Assembly: GCA_934772525.1 (NCBI GenBank)
Contig: CAKVMI010000001.1
Coordinates: forward strand, 118,613-182,612
DNA from: an uncultured Clostridia bacterium
GTDB lineage: Bacteria > Bacillota > Clostridia > Christensenellales > UBA1242
Reading direction: 5' to 3'
DNA length: 64,000 nt
The notes beneath the pieces were generated by a model. That model saw nothing but the letters and a program-made list of their open reading frames with translations, was not told where the DNA came from and did not search any database. How positions within the stretch are numbered: the stretch's first letter is position 1; each line of letters opens with the position of its first letter. A program made the position numbers and the translations under genes. This document shows positions 35,461-44,973 of this stretch, one piece after another.

Positions 35461-37035
35461 TTAAAACTCCAATAGTTTTAGATACATATCTTTATTTAAT
35501 GCACCAAGGAATAAGTATAGTCTAGGCCCAGATTCTTTACCAATTAGCAAACTATATACATTTTGGAAGAACTTCTTTTGGAATGGTTGATTTTGTTTAT
35601 TGTCTAAACCATCGTGCTTTGGTATATCATACAAAACTTGTTGAAGTTCATCTAAAGGTAAGTCTTTGCTTTGAAGAGTGGTGTAAAGAGTATGAATATC
35701 TTGTTGTTCACGTTCTGGTAAACTATCAAAGTATTCGGTATTTTTTTGTTCTAGTAGTTTTGCAATAGATTCTGGGGAATATGTAGTTGCCCAATATTTG
35801 ATACGGTCTAAGCGTGAAAGTAGGTCAGACTTATCTACATTTGGTTCTACCTTTTTATATAGTTCGTACATTAGATTTGGTTCAAAGTTTACAATTGACC
35901 CAAGAGAGAATAGAAGTTGAGCAGATACAGTACTTGGGCTTAAATTTCTACCGAAGGTTACATAACGCATAACATCTTTTATATTTGCAGGGCAGTTATC
36001 AGAGTAGTAAGCGGAAAGTGATCTGTCAAATTCGTGGTATTGTCTTAAAATTTCATCATCAAAGCAAAAAGACCAACTTTGACGAGCGGGAACTTTTGAG
36101 TATAGCCATAGTATCATTTCTGGTGGGCATACCTTTAATAGTTCTTCTGGGGTAATAGATGCACCCGATGAACTACTCATTTTACCGCCACCACCTTTTA
36201 TACCAATAAACTCATACATAACAAAGTCTGGGGCGGTATAGCCATACACTTTATCTACAATAATTTTACCAACGGTATATGAACTGCCTTCGGTACCGTG
36301 GTCCTTGCCACCTGGTTCAAAGGTAACTTTTTCTTCGTTCCAACGCATTGGCCAGTCTACTTTCCAAACAAGTTTGATATTATGATAGTTTCGAATCTTG
36401 ACGGTATCGTGGTGTCCGCAAGTACATTCATAAGTAATAGACTCGCAGTCATCAGAAACGTCTGTTACCTTTGTAGAGTCATGTCCGCATTTTTCACAAT
36501 ATACTTGAATTGGAACATACGCTTCACGGCCTTCTTCGGTGGCTTCTTGGCTTTTATATTCGTACAAAATGTCGTAAATAGTTTTACGCATCTTTAGCGC
36601 CTTAATAATTCCTTCGTCATATCTACCACTGCGGTATTCCTTGGCTTGGGTAATAAATTCGCATTCGATACCAAACTTTTCTACTGCCTTTTTAAATTGT
36701 TCTTCAAAGTGTTCTGCATAACTACTATGGCAACCGAATGGGTCAGGGATATCTGCATATGGAGTACCAATATACTTATCATAGGAATCTCCAACAACTT
36801 GTTTGACTGCAAACGGAACCTTTCGTAGTCTATCAAAATCGTCAAAACTCATAATGAATCTTGACTTTTTACCAGCCATTTTTAATCCTGTATGTACAAA
36901 ATAACTGGTTAAGAATTCACGGAAGTTACCAATATGTATTGGTCCAGATGGGCTAATACCAGCGGCACAAGTGAACTCATCTTTTTGGGGATTGTCGTTA
37001 ATTAATTTTTGAACGGCTTCGTCTATCCACAACAT
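35461..37035 (-). CDS. lysK: Class I lysine--tRNA ligase
   Basis: SPSGPIHIGNFRE (HIGH), a Cys-rich insertion CEKCGH...CTCGHH, WKVDWPMRW, FEPGGKDH, and KMSSSSG (KMSKS). The layout is collinear with spirochaetal/archaeal class I LysRS. Confidence 0.9.
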   Translation of the reverse strand: MLWIDEAVQKLINDNPQKDEFTCAAGISPSGPIHIGNFREFLTSYFVHTGLKMAGKKSRFIMSFDDFDRLRKVPFAVKQVVGDSYDKYIGTPYADIPDPFGCHSSYAEHFEEQFKKAVEKFGIECEFITQAKEYRSGRYDEGIIKALKMRKTIYDILYEYKSQEATEEGREAYVPIQVYCEKCGHDSTKVTDVSDDCESITYECTCGHHDTVKIRNYHNIKLVWKVDWPMRWNEEKVTFEPGGKDHGTEGSSYTVGKIIVDKVYGYTAPDFVMYEFIGIKGGGGKMSSSSGASITPEELLKVCPPEMILWLYSKVPARQSWSFCFDDEILRQYHEFDRSLSAYYSDNCPANIKDVMRYVTFGRNLSPSTVSAQLLFSLGSIVNFEPNLMYELYKKVEPNVDKSDLLSRLDRIKYWATTYSPESIAKLLEQKNTEYFDSLPEREQQDIHTLYTTLQSKDLPLDELQQVLYDIPKHDGLDNKQNQPFQKKFFQNVYSLLIGKESGPRLYLFLGALNKDMYLKLLEF

Positions 37036-37194
37036 TTTTGTTTTCTCCTTTTATTAAATTTTGCCAAAATTAGCAAATTATATTAAAGCAATATTTTCTC
37101 TAACATAATTAATGTATATAATACCAAAAATTGCATTAAATTGCAAGTAAATTTGAAACTTTGTTTTGATTGAAACTCTCTCAAATTTTTGCAA

Positions 37195-37228
37195 TAAAAA
37201 AACCGATTATCCAAATTGAATAATCGGT
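37195..37228 (-). terminator. Terminator of the surface-protein gene
   Basis: 9-bp stem ACCGATTAT/ATAATCGGT with a T run on the minus strand, starting 9 nt after the stop codon. Confidence 0.7.
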
Positions 37229-37236
37229 AATGGTTT

Positions 37237-40200
37237 TTAAACGAAACCTTTTTGTTCATCTGCATCAGATGACTGAACTTTGTTCTTTTGACCACGTGTC
37301 TTTTTACGTTTGCCAGAAAGTTTTGTAAATACTAATGCTATGATGATTGCACAAACTAAAAGTAGTGAAGATAGTGTAGCAAATAGAATTTCTAATTGCT
37401 TGTTGTTGGTTTCGGCGTCTGGAAGTTCGTCGCTTGAAGTAGTTGTGTTTCTTAAATCTAACTTTGTAATATTTGGTGTTGTTTGTGAAATGGAAGCAAT
37501 ACCAGAATTGTAATTAGATTCGGTCAACTTTTCAACGGAAATATTGCTAATTGCAATTTGACCAATTGTGTTTTCTAGAGCAATAGTAATGTTTGAAGTT
37601 ATGGCTTCTTTATTACTTGCAAAGTATAAAGTGTATTCTTTATATTCATTTGAAGTAATTTGTAATTGAGTATCTAGATTTGCAAATTTAATAGTAGCGT
37701 TTTTACCTTCTGGTAAATTTACGGCTTTTGCAATAATAGATAGTTTATAGAATGAACTCTTGGCTAGGGTGTATTTTTGGTTAAACTCTAGGATATGAGT
37801 GTCAGCACTTGTGCTATTTAATACCATAACAAATGGGCTAATGCCATCGGCGTATTTGTAATCTGCGTAGGCTTCAAGTGAACTATCCAAAATGTAGCAT
37901 GAGCAATCGCCGTTATTTAGAGAATTTAAAGTTACGCCATTTGCACTAAACTTACCGTCTGAATCTAGTACGTCACCAATTTCGGTGAATGAAGAGCCGT
38001 GAACGCTTACTACCTTTAGGTGTTTTTCTTTAATTTTGGTACTATTTAATTTTTGGTTTTCTTTAAATATTGTCTCACTAGATGGGGCAGAGAACACAGT
38101 TTTAACAAGAAGTGCACCTTGCATTTGAGTTTTGCCATCGCCATATTGTACTTGAATGTACATATTTTCAGCAGTCAATCCGCCCTTTACATAGAAGGTG
38201 TAGTTTTGCCAGTTGTCTTCATTTTCAACGTTTTCATATGCGTCAATATCTATGCTTGCGATAATTTTATTATCTGCATTCAATAGATTAATCTTTGCAG
38301 GGGAACCGTTTGCAAGTTCAGAATAAACATAAACATTAATTGCTTTATATTTACCACTAGCAACGCTAAACTTATCGCTAGTATATTTAATTTGTGGCAT
38401 TATTACGCTATTTGTGTTATTGATTACAAGATAGTTTTCAAGAGTATTATTTGGGTTTACAAAGTTTACATCATTTGTGGTAATTGACTTTGAATTTAAA
38501 GTATTAGAATAATTTTTACCAACTACAACACCAGTTATAAGTTCGTCATTTTTTACTAGGTGAATAGTAGAAACAATGGTGCCATCACTTGATGTGTTTA
38601 CATAAGTATTTGAGCTTCCGGAATATGTGTAAGTAATAGGGCTTGCACTATCAGATTCATCAACAATCTTTACACCATTTTCTATAGTTAAATATTTTTC
38701 ATTTAAAATACTTCTTTCGGTTGTGGTGTTGCCATCAATGGTAGTTTCTTTTACAAGGTAATAATTTGTATCGTTTGCAAGACCGCCAGTTGTTAGAGTC
38801 CAGTTGCTAGGGCTATATAGTCCAGCACTAGTCATTTCACTATCTATGGTGTTAAAAAATCCGTTTGTAATAGATTCGTTTGGAAGGGTAGATGTAAGTG
38901 CTAGTTTTCTATCACTCATTGCACTATATTCGGTACTGGTTATTTCTTCAATAGTGTAGTTATCAAATAAGAATGTGCTATTTTTTGGAATAGATATATT
39001 AAACCATACATCTGTTGCATATAGTGGGCAGGCTTGAACATAGAATGATGTTTCTGTCCAGAAGTTGCTTACGTGACCATTTCCGTCGGTCTTTCTTTGG
39101 TTTTCGTTATATGGGTCAATTTGGTATGACTTTGTCGCAACGGTTTTGCCATTTAGTGTACCGCTAAGAGCAATTGTAAATTTATCGTGAGTGAATGAAG
39201 TTGGGTTTTTGAACATATCCAAATCTTCATAATCATATCTAGACCAAATAGAAACTTTATAGTACTTAAATGGTTCTACTTGAGTTTTTGAAGTTTTGAA
39301 TGAAATATCATCACTTGTAGAGTTTGTTGCTTTTAAGCAATAGTTAGAGTTGTTGAAGGTATTATAAGAAGTTTTATCTTCTTCACGTATAATCGTAAAT
39401 GCGTCTTCGGTAGCAGAAGTTGTAGAGTTCCAGGTAAAGCCTTCTTGTTCCATAGTTTTTCCAGCAGAGAACTTTGTTAAAACATTAAGGCTTTTACGCA
39501 TATTGATTACATTTGTAGATTCGTTTTCTACTGCATTGTAAAACTCACTATATTGAATTTCGGTTAGGTCAACGTCATCAAAGAAGACTGCACCACTACT
39601 TAAACTATCTTCAGAGTTTCCAAGGGCTAATTGAATACGTGTTTTGTTCATACCGCTATTGCCATAACTGGTTGCAATATAGTAGGTGTATTCCTTCCAA
39701 CTGCCAGTAGTATCAATATTGTTAAAACTTGCAGAAGTGTCGTCATTGAAGTCACCAGTCAATCTAATAGAAGCGGTGGCTCCGTCAGTTGTGCAAACTC
39801 TAAATACTAATTTAAAGTAGCAGTAACCAGCAAGTTGAATGTCACTACTTGATGTATAAGTTTCATAAACTTCATTGTCTAAAATTTCATATCTAGAATC
39901 TTTCTCGGTAATTTGGTAAGTGGTTTCATCTTTTGTAAGTTCCCAAACGTTGCCAAGACTTGCATCTTCTCTATAAGTGTATGTTCCGCTTGGAATATCC
40001 GAAGTAGAAGAAGTTTGAACGTAGTTTGTACCACTTTGAGGAAGGCTAGATGAAGGAATTGTAATGGTTGTATCGGTAGTAACGCTTCCGCTTCTATGAA
40101 CGGTGTAAATCTTTTTGGTTACATCAACAACTTTACCAGCGTTTATTAAAAGTGCACTTGTGGTAGTGTTTTCGTCGGCTTCGGTTTCGCTATCATATCT

Positions 40201-40581
40201 ATTTGGATATGCTGGGTAACCCAAAGGATTATATGTTAAGTAAGCATTGTTTTTTAGTAAAGTTTCAATAGATTCTTTATACTTGGTTTCATCTAAAACA
40301 TTAACAATACCAGAGATTGTGCTATTTACCTTATTTTCGTCAGTTGTTAAATCTCTTAATGACTTAATTCTTGAACTTTCCCAACCAGTAAGGGTATCAC
40401 CGATTGTTTCAAAGTTGCCATTTGAAATGCTTTTGCTTGATGGGGTAAAAGCAACTCCGCTTTCTTTTGCGTAGGTTGGTAAAAATGCGTGTTTAGATAT
40501 AACAGGCATTGATGCAAAGCACATGGTAGTTCCGAGTGCAATAGCTAAGATTGATTTAATTTTTTTAGAATTGTTTTTCAT
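37237..40581 (-). CDS. Large cell-surface protein with a signal peptide, CBM-like repeats and a C-terminal TM anchor
   Basis: Start moved to ATG 40581 (MKNNSKKIKSILAIALGTTMCFA) behind AGGTGG. Modules begin NGNFE...GW and NGFFN (galactose-binding-like/CBM). The C-terminus LEILFATLSSLLLVCAIIIALVF is followed by KLSGKRKKTRGQK. Confidence 0.75.
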   Translation of the reverse strand: MKNNSKKIKSILAIALGTTMCFASMPVISKHAFLPTYAKESGVAFTPSSKSISNGNFETIGDTLTGWESSRIKSLRDLTTDENKVNSTISGIVNVLDETKYKESIETLLKNNAYLTYNPLGYPAYPNRYDSETEADENTTTSALLINAGKVVDVTKKIYTVHRSGSVTTDTTITIPSSSLPQSGTNYVQTSSTSDIPSGTYTYREDASLGNVWELTKDETTYQITEKDSRYEILDNEVYETYTSSSDIQLAGYCYFKLVFRVCTTDGATASIRLTGDFNDDTSASFNNIDTTGSWKEYTYYIATSYGNSGMNKTRIQLALGNSEDSLSSGAVFFDDVDLTEIQYSEFYNAVENESTNVINMRKSLNVLTKFSAGKTMEQEGFTWNSTTSATEDAFTIIREEDKTSYNTFNNSNYCLKATNSTSDDISFKTSKTQVEPFKYYKVSIWSRYDYEDLDMFKNPTSFTHDKFTIALSGTLNGKTVATKSYQIDPYNENQRKTDGNGHVSNFWTETSFYVQACPLYATDVWFNISIPKNSTFLFDNYTIEEITSTEYSAMSDRKLALTSTLPNESITNGFFNTIDSEMTSAGLYSPSNWTLTTGGLANDTNYYLVKETTIDGNTTTERSILNEKYLTIENGVKIVDESDSASPITYTYSGSSNTYVNTSSDGTIVSTIHLVKNDELITGVVVGKNYSNTLNSKSITTNDVNFVNPNNTLENYLVINNTNSVIMPQIKYTSDKFSVASGKYKAINVYVYSELANGSPAKINLLNADNKIIASIDIDAYENVENEDNWQNYTFYVKGGLTAENMYIQVQYGDGKTQMQGALLVKTVFSAPSSETIFKENQKLNSTKIKEKHLKVVSVHGSSFTEIGDVLDSDGKFSANGVTLNSLNNGDCSCYILDSSLEAYADYKYADGISPFVMVLNSTSADTHILEFNQKYTLAKSSFYKLSIIAKAVNLPEGKNATIKFANLDTQLQITSNEYKEYTLYFASNKEAITSNITIALENTIGQIAISNISVEKLTESNYNSGIASISQTTPNITKLDLRNTTTSSDELPDAETNNKQLEILFATLSSLLLVCAIIIALVFTKLSGKRKKTRGQKNKVQSSDADEQKGFV

Positions 40582-40758
40582 AATTTTTGCCACCTAAATT
40601 TTATTTATCTTTATTATTTTAATACATTGATAGTTTTTTTGCAATAAAAAAAAGGAAAATTTTGTTTTATTTGGGCGAGTTTTAATGCTTTCAAAATACC
40701 ACTAAATAATTGATATATTTATGATAATTTAAAAAATTGAATTATTAGTGAAATAACA

Positions 40759-41376
40759 TTAGTTTTGCTCGTTTTTATCTTTAATCTTTTTATACATTTT
40801 TGATTTATAGAACAGACCATATTGCTTTTTTGCGTTTTGAATGGTAGTGTTGTATCTATAAAGCATTTGATTCATAGTTTCTTGGTAATCGGCTTCATTT
40901 CTAAACTTAAAACTAAATTCTTCCATATGGTCTATGGCGTACTTTTGGGCATCTCGCTCGACGGGTTGAAGACTATAAATAGTGCGGTCTTCTTTGCTTG
41001 TAATGTAACCAGCGTAATTATCTCTCCAACGTCTTGCTTTAAAGTTAAACCAACTTATGTGCTTTTTGGTGATTTGCTCGTACTGGTAGGCGTGACGGCC
41101 TTCATGAAAAATGGTTTCTAGTGCGTGGAAGCGAAGATTCGGGTCATCTATTAAGTTTATGCTTAAATACAATGTTTTTTTGCCCGAGGAGTTTACTTCA
41201 AACATCCCGTACGACTTCCAGTTTTTGTCGGAAACTATAACTACTGGGAGTTTTTCTCGATTTAGTTTTTTGGACTGCTTTTCTTCAATTTTTTCAAGAA
41301 TTTTTTGCCGTGTACCTGGAGAATATTTTATCCAATTTTTGTACTTGAATTTGTTGTAAATGCTAAATAAACACAT
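40759..41376 (-). CDS. Hypothetical protein with an HExxH zincin-like motif
   Basis: LETIFHEGRHAYQYEQ (HEGRH). Start moved to ATG 41376 behind AAGGA. No signal peptide. Confidence 0.45.
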   Translation of the reverse strand: MCLFSIYNKFKYKNWIKYSPGTRQKILEKIEEKQSKKLNREKLPVVIVSDKNWKSYGMFEVNSSGKKTLYLSINLIDDPNLRFHALETIFHEGRHAYQYEQITKKHISWFNFKARRWRDNYAGYITSKEDRTIYSLQPVERDAQKYAIDHMEEFSFKFRNEADYQETMNQMLYRYNTTIQNAKKQYGLFYKSKMYKKIKDKNEQN

Positions 41377-41582
41377 TCTATTTTCCTTCAAAATATATTA
41401 AATTAACAAAATAATTGTACCAAACTACTCTCACAAAAGTCAAATAAAGTAATAACTTATTTTATTAAGTGAAATATGTAAATTTTTATGTAAATATTTA
41501 ACACTTTGGCTTGAAAATATATTTGACATTATAATAAATTGAATATAAAATAAAAGCCATAAAATTAATACGGAAATAAGTT

Positions 41583-42431
41583 ATGTTAAAGTACAATGAA
41601 ATTGAAAATAAAATAGAGATTATAGGAAAAGAAGAATTTAACCCGAAGCATATTTTGGAGTGTGGGCAATTTTTTAGATACAAAAAGATTGATGAAAAAA
41701 CTTATGAACTAGTTAGTGGGAATCATCTAATAACAATAATTGAAAATGACAATGGTTATACGCTTTTAACAAATGATTGTACTTTTGCAAAAGACTTGTT
41801 TAACTTTAATGTAGATTATGCTGTAATTAAAAATAAAATTGAAAATATTGATGGAGTAAAAGATAAAGTCCATTTTGCAAATGGTCTTAGAATTTTGCAT
41901 AATGGTGAATTTGAAACTATTTGTTCATTTATAATTTCACAGAATAACAATATAAAAAGAATAAAACTAATAATAGAAAGACTTTGTGAAAGAGCGGGGG
42001 CAAAAATTGATGAAACCCATTACGCTTTTCCGTTGGTAGAAGAAATGCAAAAACTTGATGAGCAGTTTTTTGTAAGTATTGGTGCGGGGTATAGAGCGAA
42101 GTATTTGGCAAATTTGGTGGATAACTATAAATCATTTTTAAAGTGTAATCCGAGTAGTCTTTCTACAGATGATTTAAGGCGGGAACTATTAAAAATACTT
42201 GGTGTTGGTAGAAAAGTTGCCGATTGCATTTTGCTTTTTGCGTATAATAGAACGGATGTTTTTCCAGTAGACGTTTGGATGGAGAGGGTATACAAAGAAG
42301 TGTTTGGCGGAAAAGAAACGGAAAGAACCAAAATGAGTGAAGATTTGGTTGAAAGATTTGGAGAATTATCGGGTTACATTCAGCAATATATGTTTTATTA
42401 TAAAACGGTAGAAGAGAAGGAATCAAGGTAA
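41583..42431 (+). CDS. ogg: 8-oxoguanine DNA glycosylase/AP lyase (Ogg, HhH-GPD)
   Basis: N-domain CGQFFRY. HhH with catalytic Lys LGVGRKVADCILLFAY, and Asp in FPVDVW. Confidence 0.85.
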   Translation: MLKYNEIENKIEIIGKEEFNPKHILECGQFFRYKKIDEKTYELVSGNHLITIIENDNGYTLLTNDCTFAKDLFNFNVDYAVIKNKIENIDGVKDKVHFANGLRILHNGEFETICSFIISQNNNIKRIKLIIERLCERAGAKIDETHYAFPLVEEMQKLDEQFFVSIGAGYRAKYLANLVDNYKSFLKCNPSSLSTDDLRRELLKILGVGRKVADCILLFAYNRTDVFPVDVWMERVYKEVFGGKETERTKMSEDLVERFGELSGYIQQYMFYYKTVEEKESR

Positions 42432-42540
42432 ATTAATTTGAAAAGTATATGTAGAGTGAACCGCAAAAAATAATAAACTTTAGACGATTAAAGCCTTAAA
42501 TATAATAAAATAAAAATATTTTAAAATTTCGAAAATTTGT

Positions 42541-42569
42541 TTGACTTAAAATGCGTAAAGTGGTAATCT
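42541..42569 (+). promoter_or_regulatory. Orphan sigma-A-type promoter
   Basis: TTGACT, 17-nt spacer, TAATCT with a TGn extended -10. No CDS with an RBS follows it. Confidence 0.6.
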
Positions 42570-42575
42570 TTAATC

Positions 42576-42666
42576 ATGGGATGCAAAAGTCCCCCGATTT
42601 ATGCATCCTTGCCCTTTATTGAAAGAGAGATTGGTTTCCATCAAGTGCCGTCTCTCTTTTTGTTTT
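42576..42666 (+). ncRNA. Candidate small RNA of about 90 nt, unknown family
   Basis: It lies between the promoter above and an intrinsic terminator (AAGAGAGA...TCTCTCTT followed by TTTTGTTTT). The 5' hairpin is GGATGCA-16 nt-TGCATCC with a CCCCC-containing loop. Confidence 0.4.
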
Positions 42667-42755
42667 AAATAAATTAAGTTATGATTTAATAAGTATTTAA
42701 TTGGAAGTTTAATATTTTATAGGTATACTTGACGGGTGCTTAAAGGCTGTTAGTA

Positions 42756-42783
42756 TTGACAAATTTTTTATTTGTGGTAAAAT
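42756..42783 (+). promoter_or_regulatory. Promoter of floA
   Basis: TTGACA, 16-nt spacer, TAAAAT with a TGn extended -10. This leaves a leader of about 180 nt. Confidence 0.6.
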
Positions 42784-42970
42784 AGATTTGCTTTTGATGT
42801 GAGAATATTTTGAGTTATTTGGTTTGTAAAATTTTAAAATAGATTTACAAGTTTGACGCAATCAAAACTTAAGGTGTAATAACTAAAATAAGTTTTAATG
42901 AAAAATTTTTCGACTAATTTATTACACATATATGTAAGGAAAAATAATATATATAAAGGAGGAATAACGA

Positions 42971-44035
42971 ATGCAATCACTTTTGCAGATAACGACTAGT
43001 GGTATTGTTTTGCTTAGTGTTTTTGGCGTAATTGTTATTGGTGGTTTAGTTGCCTTTTTTATTATTTTCCCTATAGGTGTTTGGTGGCGGGCGCTTATAT
43101 CTAATGCTCCTATTCCTATTGCAAAATTGCTTGCTATGAAAATGCGAAAGGTAAATTTAAACGATGTTGTGGTTGCATACATTACAAGCAAAAAAGCAGG
43201 AATAGAGTTAAATATAGACGATTTAGAAACTCATGTACTTGCGGGCGGGAATATTGATAAAGTTGTAAGAAGTATGATTAGTGCAAAGTCTGCAAACATT
43301 AAACTTCCGCTACAAGTCGCAAGGGCTATTGATTTGTCGGGTAAAGATGTTGTAAGCGTAGTGCAGTCTTGCATTGTTCCAAAAATTATTGAAACTCCAC
43401 AAGTGACTGCTGTAAGTAAAGATGGTATAGAACTAAAAGCTAAAGCTCACATAACCATAAAGACCAATATGGGAAGAGTGCTTGGCGGAGCGGATGAAGG
43501 AACTATTGTTACAAGGGTGTCGGAGTGCTTGGCAAGTACAATTGGTTCTAGTGTAAACCACGGAGCGGTTATTGAAAATCCTGATGTTATTAGTGATGTA
43601 ATAATGAGCAAAAATTTGGATAATGGCACGGCGTATGAAATAATTTCGATAGATATTTTTGATATAACTATTGGCAAAAATATTGCAGTGCAATTAGAAC
43701 TTGAGCAGTCGGAAATAGCAAAAAGAGAAAGTCAAGCGGAAATAGAAAAACGCAAATTAGAAGCAATGGCTATAGAGCAAGAAAATAAAAATAAAATTCA
43801 AGAAGCAAAAATGCGAGCAATAGAAGCTGAAGCCGAAGTACCAAAGGCACTTGCAGAAGCTTTAAAAGAAGGCAAGATTAGTCCGATGGACTATTACGAT
43901 ATCAAAAATTTAGAAGCCGATACAAATCTTAGAAATATGCTTAGCGGTAAAAAGACGGGAACGGAAGGAAATGATTCTGTTCAACCAAGACCACGAAGAG
44001 CAATAAAAAGACCTAACCCATTTGATTTTGATTAA
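42971..44035 (+). CDS. floA: Flotillin-like protein FloA (YqfA/UPF0365)
   Basis: N-terminal hairpin anchor, then the SPFH-like core (AKLLAMKMRKVN, HVLAGGNIDKV, RAIDLSGKD) and a coiled-coil tail. AAGGAGG RBS. Confidence 0.9.
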   Translation: MQSLLQITTSGIVLLSVFGVIVIGGLVAFFIIFPIGVWWRALISNAPIPIAKLLAMKMRKVNLNDVVVAYITSKKAGIELNIDDLETHVLAGGNIDKVVRSMISAKSANIKLPLQVARAIDLSGKDVVSVVQSCIVPKIIETPQVTAVSKDGIELKAKAHITIKTNMGRVLGGADEGTIVTRVSECLASTIGSSVNHGAVIENPDVISDVIMSKNLDNGTAYEIISIDIFDITIGKNIAVQLELEQSEIAKRESQAEIEKRKLEAMAIEQENKNKIQEAKMRAIEAEAEVPKALAEALKEGKISPMDYYDIKNLEADTNLRNMLSGKKTGTEGNDSVQPRPRRAIKRPNPFDFD

Positions 44036-44053
44036 AATTATTAAAGGAGAAAA

Positions 44054-44971
44054 ATGTATATGTCTATAATTACTATTGTTGCTATAATTATTGCAGTTGT
44101 AGTGCTGTATATGTTTTTGTCTGGAAATGGTATAAAGTTTAAAATCTTCAAAAAAAAAGAACATAAAGTAAAGGCAAATAAAAGTAACGAAGAAAAATAT
44201 AAAGATGTAATTCCAAAGGAAAAAGCAGGAAAGAAGGAAACTAAAACAAAGTTTTTGGATAGTGCAAAAAAAGAGAAAATAAAAAGTGATATAAAAAAGG
44301 AAATAAGCGAAACGGTAGGAAAACCTAAGGATACGCAATCGGCACCAACGTCTGCTGGGACGGTAACTAAAATTACCAAGGAAGATTTTTTGAAAAACAA
44401 CATAACGTTGCCTAGTACTAGTCCATTTATGGAAGACGAGAAAAAGAATGGTGTAGTGCTACCAAAAGCAAAAGAGCAACCATCTAAGCCATATGATTTT
44501 GGGCTAGGTGATGACGATATGCCCGACCCATTTGAAGAAATAGGTATCGAAGAAAACGATGAATCTGACCCGTTTGCGGGGGTTGATATAGATGCACTTT
44601 TAAATAGTAGTGATGAAGAGTTTGATGCCTTTTTAGACGGGAGATTGGGTGGAGCGAATAACAAAAAGAGCGAAAGTATGGCATCGCAACAAAAACTTGA
44701 AACCGAAAATAAATTCAATCAACTCGGTGCAAAAGAGTATTTTGGTGGTGTGGATAAAACTATTCCGACAGCCGAAAAGTCGTATGATGCTCCACTTACC
44801 AACAAAACTTTAGGTGATAGATTTGAAGAAGTTTTTGGAGATAAGTTTAGAGAAATGGGTGGAACAGAGCAAGGAAAAGAGATAATTGTTGGCGATATTT
44901 TGAGTGCTCCAAGAAGCGAAGTTAATAGAATGAAACGTGCCGAAAGAGAAAAACGAAGAAAATGGATGTAG
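44054..44971 (+). CDS. Hypothetical single-pass membrane protein with an acidic, low-complexity cytoplasmic part
   Basis: TM segment IITIVAIIIAVVVLYMF. AAGGAGA RBS 18 nt after the floA stop. Confidence 0.55.
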   Translation: MYMSIITIVAIIIAVVVLYMFLSGNGIKFKIFKKKEHKVKANKSNEEKYKDVIPKEKAGKKETKTKFLDSAKKEKIKSDIKKEISETVGKPKDTQSAPTSAGTVTKITKEDFLKNNITLPSTSPFMEDEKKNGVVLPKAKEQPSKPYDFGLGDDDMPDPFEEIGIEENDESDPFAGVDIDALLNSSDEEFDAFLDGRLGGANNKKSESMASQQKLETENKFNQLGAKEYFGGVDKTIPTAEKSYDAPLTNKTLGDRFEEVFGDKFREMGGTEQGKEIIVGDILSAPRSEVNRMKRAEREKRRKWM

Positions 44972-44973
44972 TA

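Noticed and set aside
42576-42666. Whether the candidate sRNA is SRP RNA, 6S RNA, tmRNA or a riboswitch, and whether it is really a 29-codon ORF (MGCKSPPIYASLPFIEREIGFHQVPSLFLF).
   Set aside because: It has no SRP domain IV motif (GGAAGCAGC context) and is far too short for 6S or tmRNA. No riboswitch core is recognisable, and the downstream gene has its own promoter. The ORF has no Shine-Dalgarno and runs through the terminator stem, so coding is unlikely though not excluded.
44150-44158. A9 homopolymer inside the gene after floA, considered as a phase-variation tract.
   Set aside because: It encodes an in-frame Lys run (FKKKEHK) in a Lys-rich protein. With no evidence of variability, it is not reported as a finding.
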